Below, piece after piece: positions 53,535-64,000 of a stretch of DNA of 64,000 bases. The stretch's first letter is position 1; the number at the start of each line of letters is the position of its first letter. Under the pieces are notes generated by a model, which did not search any database, was not told where the DNA came from, and worked only from the letters and a program-made list of their open reading frames with translations. The DNA is taken from NCBI RefSeq assembly GCF_006345805.1, contig NC_043008.1, positions 43,090,001 to 43,154,000 of the forward strand. The letters are read 5' to 3'. Position numbers and translations under genes: made by a program. This DNA is from Octopus sinensis (taxonomy: Eukaryota).

Positions 53535-53992
53535 TATGAAGAGAAGCTTGGTTATAGACTTTTTCTTTTTAATTTAAAAAAAATATTTTAATCATCGGAT
53601 AAAACTTTTTTATTCGATGGTTATTTATTTTAATTTTTACATTTACTTATTATATATATGTCTATTAGGTTTTTAGGTAGTTTCTAAATTTTTAGCCGTT
53701 TATATTTAACATTTTTGATAGGCCGTTCTATTTGTATTTTATTCGATTATATATTTTTACCTTCTGTGATTTCATGTATATGTATTATTCTTTTTTATGT
53801 GTTTGTGAACCATCGTGATTTTTATATATTCCTGAAAACGGAAGATTTCCATACAAGCCAAATGGCTTGAAGGGAAACCTTTCTTCAGTGACCTATGCAC
53901 TATCTGCACAGCTATTCGAGAAACAGCTACAAGAGTTTTTATGGATTATTTCTTAATCCTTTATTTGCTCTAACAACTCTGCAATTATGTAT

Positions 53993-54208
53993 TCTTTTCT
54001 ACTCTAGGCACAAGGCCCTAAATTTTTTGGGAGGGGGCCAGTCGGATAAATCAACCCCAGTACGCGACTGGTACTTAATTTATCGACACCGAAAGGATGA
54101 ACGGGAAAGTAGACCTCGGCAGAATTTGAACTCTGAACGTAAAGTCTGGCGAAATTACGCCAAGCATTTTACCCGACGTGCTAACATTTCTGCCAGCTCG
54201 CCGTCTTC
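53993..54208 (-). mobile_element. SINE family A (tail type i)
   Basis: Full head, body and tail, similar to 12578-12791. Confidence 0.9.
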
Positions 54209-54274
54209 TTTGAATTACATATTACATGCGCTAAATTGATTCCACGTATGTTGTTTGTTCACTTTTTATTCATA

Positions 54275-54320
<46 letters not shown>

Positions 54321-54562
54321 TGAGTCTAGTTTATTCAACCAGACGGGTTTAATAAGCAATCATGTTCCAGTGTAAAGGAGTTTTGGGATAAATTTGAATC
54401 CATGTTCAATAAAAATGTGCTCCCTATAAACAAATATTCCCACTTTGTTATTTTTAAAAGCTCCTTTGAAATAACAAACTTAATTTCATGCAACCCGCCC
54501 ATATATATATATATACATATATATATTATATATATATATATATTATATATATATATATATAT

Positions 54563-54605
<43 letters not shown>

Positions 54606-54609
<4 letters not shown>

Positions 54610-57600
54610 ACCCAGGTGCAAGTTCTCCAACCGGCAGCAAAGGCCGTGGAGACGGAGAACCCGGTGAAGAGGGGTAGAGGAAGAGGAAGAAGAACTAAAA
54701 GAAGGGCTGGTAGAGCTAAAGGAAAAGCTCAAGCAGGACCAAAGGGTTGAAAAAAACCAGGAATAGAAGTGGAACCGCAAAAGATGGAAACGGACAGCGC
54801 ACACAGGTGTGTAGGTTCTACCTGAGAGGTTCCTGCTGGCATGGAAAGGAAGGTGCAGGCTGCCGCTTGCACATCCGGGGACCCTGCCACAGAGACACGA
54901 GGCAGATGAAAACCATCAAACACAAGGAAAAAAGGATGGACCACGCACCATTTGCCCCAAAGCGGAGGTACGCAGAGTGTTGTGCGTGCCACAAACCATA
55001 AACATGATGTTGTCGAAAGGGCAGCTGCTGAGCAACAATTTTTGTGCATGGCACAAAAGATTGTACAGCAGCTGACCTGGCTTCATCAAACCCAAGCCCG
55101 CAGGTGGGACTACCCACTATATACCAGACCACCACCACAGCAAACAGACCCAGGATAGACACCCACCGGCAACAACGTACACCTCACCTCGATGCTCCTA
55201 CTGAACATCAGAGGACTGCAAACACTCAGTAACAGGACAAAAATCCCGTTCCTGAGAGTTTGTTGCATGCAATCAAGCCTTATCATAGCACTAACGGGAA
55301 CGCACCTGAAACCGGATATAGCAGAGATGCGGAGTTACACATACCACAGTATGCTGTACTACGGACCGACAGGAAAGAAAGGAGTCATGGAGGTGTTGCT
55401 ATGTACATCGTGAGGACCTCACACCCCAGGTCCTCTTTGTCATACTCAAACTCGGTGGGTGACACACTAATTGTACATATTAGGCAACTTGATGTAGTTG
55501 TGTGTGCTACATACCGCCCTCCAGATGCCCCAAGCCATGTGGGCAAGTTTGAAGACTGCCTTATAAAAATAGAAGAAGCTCTAACCACATTAGAACAAAC
55601 ACATAAGTGTACTTCTTATGGGAGACTCAATCTGCCAAATGTCAGATGGCCCGAGGGCCTTTCTCTCCCAGGAATGACAAAATGTGAACGAGGACAGCGA
55701 GGTCCCTCCTGAACCTATCAAAACACCTGTACATGGAGCAGGTAAGTATACTCCAACCAACCAGGGCAGGTAACACACTGGATCTCTGCTTCACAAATGA
55801 CATGGATCTCATCCATAATGTGAAAGTGACACCGACACTACTCTCGGATCAAAATGATATAGAGCTGACCATGTACGGGCAAAAGAGAGCACGGACATGC
55901 AGCCTACAAGAAACCCCAGGAATCTTCCAGCTGAATTACCATAAGGCAAACTGGAAACAAATTGAGAAAGAGATCCTCAAACAAAATTGGCCTAATGTCT
56001 CTCCTCGCCAGACATCGACGTGAAACTTCAACATTCAGTCTGTAATGCAAGCCATATGCTACAAATATGTCCCAGAGAGAAAGGCACTGTACACAAGAAC
56101 AAAATCCCCAGAGAGAGGAAAATTCTAATGAGACGGCGTACAAAATTTTCAAATCGCCTAAACAAACAGTTTGAAAGCAGTGAAAAGTCCCGCCTAAAAT
56201 AAAACTGTTGAAATCGAAAAATGTCTGAAACTCTCCCATGAAAAGGAAAGAGCAGACAAAAGAAGCCTGGGGCTATAGACAACATAAAATCTAACCCCAG
56301 AGCTTTCTACAGGTATCATATGCCAAGAAACAGCTACGGTTGCACTGTAGAATAGGGCCACTCCTCGAAAAGGATGGCACACTTACAGGAAAAACCAATG
56401 AGGGTAAGTGAAATACTGAATGAGCAATTCAAGAGTGTTTTCACTCCACCCCTTGGGCATCTCCAAATCACCAATCCAACTGACTTTTTTACACTGCAGA
56501 TATAAAATCAGAGGCGGCGACGATAGATTACATCGATATAAAGGAAGACGATGTAATCAAGGCTATAGATGAAATGAAAACAGACTCAGCTACTGGCCCC
56601 GATGGATTCCCGGCAATCTCCTAAAAGCATGTAAGAGAGTCCTAGCAAGACCACTGCAGTTCCTCTTTCAGAGCTTCCTTGCAGCTGGAAACTTCCAAGA
56701 AAACTGAGGAAGGTAAAATCTGCCCCATTTCATAAAGGAGGTAGCAGAGCGGAAGCCAAGAACTATAGACCTATCTCTCTGACCTCACACATCAGCAAGG
56801 TCATGGAACGAATAGTCAGAAGGAAGCTGATCACCTTCCTTGAAAAAATGAATTGCTGCCCGACACCCAACATGTGTTTCCGACCAGGGAGAAGCTGTTT
56901 TAACTCAGCTCCTACAACACTATGACTGGGTGCTGAAACGGCTGCTCAACCACTCAAATGTGGAAGTCATATATCTCGACTTTGCAAAGGCCTTTGATAA
57001 GTCGATCATGGAATGATATGTCACAAAATGCGTGATCTCAACATAGTTGGAAAACTGGGGAGAATGGCTTCATGACTTTCTGAAAGATAGAAGTCAGTGG
57101 TAGTGGCCAATGGGGCCACTTCCATAACACGCAAATAGGAGCGGTGTTCCGCAGGGCACTGTTCTGGGACCACTACTGTTCATAATGGCCTCTCAGACAT
57201 GCCCTCAGCCACGCAGAGAGCCACGATCACAAGTTATGCAGATGATACAAAAGTTTCACAGGCAATACAGAACCCTGAGACACTAAACACCTGCAATGTG
57301 AGCTAGACAAAATATACAAGTGGGCCGAAAAAGAATAGCATGCAGTTCAATACTGAAAAGTTTCAAGCTCTATACTATCAGCATGCAAAACTAAATGCAA
57401 TACCCATGAATACACTGGACCGGAGGAGGAAGGAATAGCAATCCCAGAGGCACAATCAGTGCGTGACCTAGGTATTTACATGAGTGATGACGCGACCTTT
57501 CGTGTACATGTGCTAAATTGCAATGAAATGTAGACGACTGGCGGATGGATCCTCAGAACCTTTAGAACAAGAGAACAGAAAACCATGATGGTCCTCTGGA

Positions 57601-58248
57601 GGACACTTGTCCTAAGCCACTTTGACTACTGCTCTCAAGTTATGGTCACCATCCAGTGTCAAGTTGATCACAGAGCTCGAGGCGATCCAAGTAGCTACAC
57701 GAAGAAGATAGCCTCTATGCAGAATGTAAGCTACTGGGAAAGACTCAGGAAATTAAAATTATATTCCTGGAGCGTAGGCGGGAAAAAAGATATGCCATAA
57801 TATACATCTGGAAGATCCTGGAGGGAAGTGTCCTGAACTTTGGCATCGAGAGTACGCAAATGCCAGAACTGGGCGCCACTGCGTGGTGCCTAGGACTCCC
57901 AAACTTGCCATCAAGATGTAGGACAAGATTCTGTGATAGCCTGGCTTCCGAGCCCACAGCTCTTCAATAATCCTCCCGAAGAACTGAGAGACCTGCATGG
58001 TGGATACAGATGTCTTAAAATGAAGCTGGATCTCTTCCTGTCAGGTGTCCCAGATGAACCAACTTCACGGCAGGAGGGCAGATAGATGAGGGCAGCTGCA
58101 TCGAACTCTCTCATGCACCAAATAGCAGCTGCTAGAAAGCCTTCATGAAGTGAAACCAAGTAGCAACACCAAATGGCGGTGCCCCAGCATGGCCACAGCT
58201 CATAAGCTGAAACTGGAAAAATCAAAAATCAAAATCAAAATCAAAATC
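54606..58248 (+). mobile_element. APE-RT LINE of the CR1/L2 group, near full length, many frameshifts
   Basis: ORF1 remnant with CRFYLRGSCWHGKEGAGCRLH. APE motifs LNIRGL, IALT-x-THL, RTDR...GGVAMYI, YRPP, PTRAGNTLDLCFTN, LSD. RT motifs GPDG, KGGSR...NYRPISLTSHISKVMERIV, FRPGRSC, YLDFAKAFD, SGVPQGTVLGPLLF, YADDTK, RDLGI. 3' tail (AAAATC)n at 58217-58248. Both flanks are (TA)n. Confidence 0.9.
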
Positions 58249-58825
58249 ATATATATTCGCATATATAAATAGCTTGAACGGAAAGACAACGAAACCAACC
58301 TTGGTGTGTCTATTTTCTCCATAGCTGTTAATAGTTTAAGATACAAAATTGGTTTCTGTTTCGAAGTCACAGTCATCATTTTATTTTCACTAAGAAAACA
58401 AAATGCAAAAATAAAAAAAAAAAGATAAATAAAATAATAGCAAAGAAAACTGTAAAACAATCCTTCCTCTGAACAGCATAAACCATTACTCTACACTTTC
58501 GTTTTCATTGCATGACTTTGCATCTATTCTTGTTCTCGTTGCTGTTGCTGTTGTTTCCTTAAGTAGTTGTTGTTGTAGTTATTATTACTGTTGTTGTTGT
58601 TGTTGGTGGTGTTGTTCTTATAGTTATTACTGATTTCTTTCCTCCTATCATTATTTCCGTTCTAAATATATATTTTTTTCTCTTTCAATTTTATATTCAA
58701 AAATCGATATTTTGTTGGTTTATTTTTCCTTTATTTCTTTTGTTCGGCAAACGATGTAAATTACTGGATATTTTTCTGTATCGATTAATAATACATTTTG
58801 TTGTTGTTGTCGTTATTATTATTAC

Positions 58826-58921
<96 letters not shown>

Positions 58922-59231
58922 GACAGTAATTTCAAATTCAAATTGTAATTTGTCCCACCTTCAGATTGTTTTCTCTTAAAATATATACTTACTTTCTTAA
59001 TTGCAATTGTTATTGTGAATTGCGCTTTTGGGTGGGATGGGCGGGTTGTTGTTGTTGCTGTTGTTGTTGCTAATATGATGTTTTGATTAGGTCACTGATT
59101 TTAATTCCGTTTTAATTTACACTTTACTACGTATGCATATATGTATATTAGTATGTAAACACACAAACATACACACACACACGCACATACATACATACAT
59201 ACATACATACATACATACATACATACATACA

Positions 59232-59262
<31 letters not shown>

Positions 59263-59334
59263 GTATGTGTATATATATGTATATATGTGTGCGTGTGTCT
59301 CCTCTTTCTCTTTTTAATGTTAGAGATAATTTTG

Positions 59335-60585
59335 ACGGCCCACCTCCTGGGTAGCGAAGTTTTGAAGGAAAGGGCTTTGCTTTGTTTATTGTCCTTTAAA
59401 TCTTAAGAATGTCTTGCATAATTTTATTGTCCCAGATACCGTGACCATTTGTATAGTATGAATTAAGGATTAACATTCTCTCCCAAAGCTCCTAAGTTCA
59501 GCCATACTTTGCTCCAGGTGGGTTGGTATATGTATCCTGTTGCTTCATTAATAATAAGCATGAAGCCTAGATTTGCAAACTCCTTGTCAATAGTTCGCAA
59601 ATATCTTCTTTCGTTTGTATTTTTCTAACCACATTCGTGTCCTGACGGCAGTTGGTTCCTACAGCCGAAGCTATCCTTTCCCTGTGGTCTCGTTTCTATG
59701 TATATATGATCTTTCTTTAAGTTTTCTTTAAGTTCTTGAGAGAGTTCAAACCAGTCTCTAACAAAGTGACAAGGCTTTTTGAGCTAAAAGAGTTATCGGT
59801 GTTTGTAAACAGTGGTTGAGTTGGTGTGTTGGTTGAAATGTCGATGCATACACTTTGTGTGTGCATCAGTTCCAAAGAGAATAAGTTCAAATGAGAATCT
59901 AAGGTGGAGAATTCTTGGAATGTTTTACAAATCTTCACTTGGTTACTAACAGATTGGATTTGTAGTTTTTTGCTTTTTTTCTGTGAAACCGAGTATATTT
60001 AGGTTTTGTACAAATTTATTGTTACATAACATAATGCACCAATGATGATGGGTCCAAATGAGAATAAATAATCAGGGTACAAAAGTTTTAAGTTCTGCAT
60101 TAATTCGCCATAAATATTCACTTTTTCCTGGAATTTTGATCGAACATTTACATAGGAGGGTAACTAGCATCTCTAACAGTGCATGGCTTTTGTGCCCTAC
60201 CTCACAGAACATCATGTCTGTTATGTTTGCACTGATCTGGTATTCTTATTTGGGTGTTCCACCAGTATTCTTTGCTTGAAAAGGTGTGAATAGCTGCTGG
60301 TTCTGACATGCCTTTGATGTATACATCAGGGCAGTCCTTCCTACGGATATATATTCTAAATAGTCTATATCATGCTGCTTCAGGGACAGGTTGTAGATCG
60401 TGGACGTTTGGGGGCAACAACTGATGATGTGGGTGAGATGTTCAACACTGATATAGCAGAACCGACATTTTTTATCACAACGTGAAGGTTTAGTGATATC
60501 TTTGTACCTCCTTGTTTATCAGGTATTTATTAGCTGCCACCTATTCCTGGATAGCGAAGGCTATCCTTCTAGATGTAAGTATGTA

Positions 60586-60626
<41 letters not shown>

Positions 60627-61520
60627 CGTATGCATGCATATATGTATATATGTGTGTATGTATGTGTGTATGTTTTTCTTTGGGCTATATTTAAGTTCTT
60701 TAGAAAGTTCAAGGCAGACGCTAAGAAAGCGACAAGAATTTTTGAGTTAAGAAAGTTATCGGTGTTTGTAAACAGCGGTTGAGTTGGTGTGTTGGGGGAA
60801 TTGTCTATGTATATATCCAATCGTGTGCGTCTATTCATATTATAATCTCTGACAGAGAATTTTTGGAATGTCTCACAATTCTTCACTGTGCCACTTATTG
60901 ATTGGATTTGGAGAATCACCGCCAGTTTTGGAGAATCTGTGTTCTCTTCTGTTTTTAATCATTTAAATTCTTCCTCTAAGAAAGGGGCTGGTTTCTAATA
61001 AAGATACGAAAAGAATCTCACGTTTTAAACTTGAGAAAAGTTTTGCATATTTATATTCTTCCACTTACAGATTCTATTTGCAATGAGCAAATCAGTTGGC
61101 CGATTTCTTTTTCTGAAAATCCCAGCCCATCCAGATGGTCAGTTTGTCATTTAGTCATTTACTCACAAAACCAAAGTGCACCAATTATTATTGGCATAAA
61201 TGTGAATATACAATCCGGATAAAGAAGCTGGAGGTTTCGAAGCAGTTGTCCATGGTTATTCTCTGTCTCTTTGATTCTCAAAGAGATATTCACATCAGCA
61301 GGACATAATTCTTTTTTTCAGTCCCAAACAGCAATATCCGGCTTGTCATGTTTGATACTTGACAGATGTCTTTATGGGAATGTTCCACCTGCGTTCCTTC
61401 TGTTCATATCCATCAGGTAGATTCTCTATATTTATTCCAGAACAGTCGTTCTTCCTGGTGGCATTCTAAATTGTTTTTGAAACAACGTCGTGTCGCTTAG
61501 CGACGTAATAACTTCAAAAT
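59335..61520 (-). mobile_element. Tandem array of four 5'-truncated RLE-type LINE 3' ends
   Basis: Minus-strand remnants: copy A (61520-61018) KPDIAVWD...PADVNI...LQLLYP...MPIIIGAL...ICKTFLKF. Copy B (about 60960-60570) LQIQSISGTVKNCETF plus UTR. Copy C (about 60560-59680) FAIQE...CDKKCRFC...HLTHIISCCP...EYWWN...PIIIGAL...LQIQSVSNQVKICKTF plus UTR. Copy D (about 59640-59340) ATGY...IQMVTVSGTIKLCKTFLRFK. Confidence 0.8.
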
Positions 61521-61587
61521 TTTGAACACCTGCTAATCACATGTATGTATGCTTGTGTGTATCTACATGCGTATTCATATCTATCTA

Positions 61588-61658
<71 letters not shown>

Positions 61659-61671
61659 GTCTGTCCGTCTG

Positions 61672-61728
<57 letters not shown>

Positions 61729-62542
61729 TTATCTATCTATTTATCATCTATCTATCTATCTATCTATCTATCAATCTATCTATCTATCAACTTCCCTACC
61801 TACCTATCTGTCTGTCTGTATGTATGTGTGTATACATACCGTATGTATATTGACAATGCTCTGAAAAGTTACATAAGCAACCAGCTGTAATGGCGTAGAG
61901 ATAGGATCACCGCCGAAAGACAAAACGAAGGAATAATATTTCCTCTTGATTTGATGGTTCAGTTGACAATCATGTTGAATATAAATATGAGAAGTGTGTT
62001 GGTTTTTGTTTTTACCAGATGGGAATGGCAGGTGGTAACCTCGAGGGACGTGACAGCAACTCATTCCTCGGAGGCTGCCATCTGTCAAGGGAAAATGGGA
62101 TTTCGTTCGGAAGCTTTTCATGGAAATTTTGTAGCAATATCATCAAAAACACCAATACGGCTAAAACTACAGCACCCTCTCGACCACCACCACAAGTACT
62201 AGCAGCAGCAGCAGCAGCAACAACAACATTTTTAGCAATAATAACACGACGACCAGCTTTAGGTCTTTTGAACATTGTAGGAAAATGAAACAAAAGACGC
62301 TGTGCCGGTCCCTTAAAGCTTTTACATATAGGGCACCTGCGTTGGTCAGTGTGTTTAGCATTGCGGTCAGAGTTAAAGGTTCAAATAACAAGCGACAATT
62401 ATGCTGTTGAGGTCTAACAAACAGAAACATGTTCACCGACCCAAGTGGGATGAAAAACAAAGTTGACTGCACCAAGATTTGAGCTCAGATTATAGGGAGC
62501 CAGAAACAACCCTGCTTCAAAGACTCTCTTTCACTGGTTCTT

Positions 62543-62740
62543 TAGGCGGCGAGGAGACAGAGTTGTTACCGCGCCGGAAAAATGCTTAGCGGCATTTCGT
62601 CCGAGTTTACATTCTGAGTCCAAATGTCGACTTTGCCTTTCATCCTTTCGATAAAACATGTACCAGCTGAACACTGGGGTCTATGTAATCGACTTATCCC
62701 CGCCCTCGAAATTGCTGGCCTTATGCCAAAATTTGAAATC
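62543..62740 (+). mobile_element. SINE family A (tail type iii)
   Basis: aggcggcgag ... aatgcttagcggcatttcgtcc ... gtcgactttgcctttcatcctttcg ... gaaattgctggccttatgccaaaatttgaaa. Confidence 0.8.
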
Positions 62741-63454
62741 AGTATTTTATTGGTTTTTATTTTATCGATCGTGAAAGGTCGAATGTCAATACAAAAGCTG
62801 TGTAGTTTTCGAACTCGTTATCTCGCGGAATGTGACGAAGAGATGTTCTGCAGGTACTTGAGGCACTGAAGTGTTTTCACCCCATCCATAACATCCAGTT
62901 AATAAATCATTAATTAATTGATTAGCTGATTGACTGATGAGCAGAACTGTTAATTTAAGGCGTAATTTGTCATTTAATGACCTTCTGTAACGAGAGCGAA
63001 ATCAAATTCAACTGAACTCGTCAACATTACGATATACTAGTTGGCTTTTGTAAGCGAAGTTGACGACGAGATGATGGTGTTTGTGAGATGCTGCCTCCAC
63101 TGTCTTCTCTGCGATGCTAACAGAAACACTGGAATCTATTTTGGTAAACTTCTCTGCTACTGCTGCTGCTACTGCTTCTGCTGTTTCTTCTACTACTAAA
63201 ACTGATAGAACACCTCTCTCTATGATAGTTCTATCTAAGCAACGTATGATTATCTGCTTCTACCTAGCAACCTTCTATTAAAATGTAATACAATGTTTTG
63301 GTTACTATATCCGAAGTGAAGCCTACTTTCGCCCCACGAAATACATACCAGTCATACGCTGGGCACATTATTTTTCTACACAGGTATTTTTCGGTTTGTT
63401 TAATAAAAAATGTTTAGGACAACATTGCATTGGTCACCCTTTTTACCATAATCG

Positions 63455-63539
<85 letters not shown>

Positions 63540-63587
63540 AGTCACTGCTGTTGTTGCTGCTACTACTACTGCTATTATTGTTGTGAC

Positions 63588-63745
63588 ATTTTTGTGGGGA
63601 GGGGAATAGACGATTACACCGACCCCCGAAGGAGTGACAGGCGAAGTTAACCTGAGCAGCATTTCAACTTACAACGTAAAGACGGACGAAATATCGCTAA
63701 GCATTTTGTCCGGTATGCTAACGATTCTGTCAGCTCACCATCTTA
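63588..63745 (-). mobile_element. Decayed SINE family A
   Basis: aacgtaaagacggacgaaatatcgctaagcatttt ... gctaacgattctgtcagctcacc, followed by (TAA)n. Confidence 0.7.
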
Positions 63746-63756
63746 ATAATGAAGGA

Positions 63757-63757
63757 A

Positions 63758-63800
<43 letters not shown>

Positions 63801-63829
63801 AAAATAATAATAATAATAATAATAATAAC

Positions 63830-63888
<59 letters not shown>

Positions 63889-63932
63889 TAATAATAATAA
63901 TAATAATAATATAATAATAATATAATAATAAT

Positions 63933-64000
<68 letters not shown>
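63757..64000. repeat. (TAA)n microsatellite running off the window end
   Basis: More than 240 bp of near-perfect AAT repeats. Confidence 0.95.

Noticed and set aside
62019-62288. Polypyrimidine-CAG followed by an 89-aa ORF as a coding exon
   Set aside because: The acceptor-like signal is present, but no frame resembles a known protein and the 3' half is CAG/CAA-repeat derived.

Overview
AT-rich, microsatellite-saturated metazoan DNA. The simple-repeat load and the tRNA-derived SINE families point to an octopus (cephalopod) genome; this is inferred, not proven. I see no intact host protein-coding gene, and almost all short ORFs in the track are translations of simple repeats. Recognisable coding remnants: (1) a near full-length but frameshifted R4/Dong-like RLE LINE (32.3-36.2 kb, +) ending in (TAA)n; (2) a decayed APE-RT LINE of the CR1/L2 group with a CCCH-finger ORF1 (54.6-58.2 kb, +); (3) a Penelope-like element fragment with linker and GIY-YIG motifs (42.1-42.6 kb, -); (4) four head-to-tail 3' ends of another RLE LINE family (59.3-61.5 kb, -); (5) an RTE LINE 3' end (7.4-7.5 kb); (6) an intronless, GC-rich, truncated exportin-6 (XPO6) fragment (8.4-9.0 kb, -). 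About 25 SINE copies from several modular families are present. The main hidden theme is a set of Penelope-type minimal hammerhead-ribozyme motifs. One sits inside a tRNA-headed SINE with an inverted mini-copy (10.0-10.3 kb). Two lie back-to-back around a 42-bp hairpin (52.7-53.0 kb). A degenerate one lies in a locally duplicated 200-bp segment (27.4 and 29.8 kb). Alignments and folds were done by eye and family assignments rest on recalled motifs.
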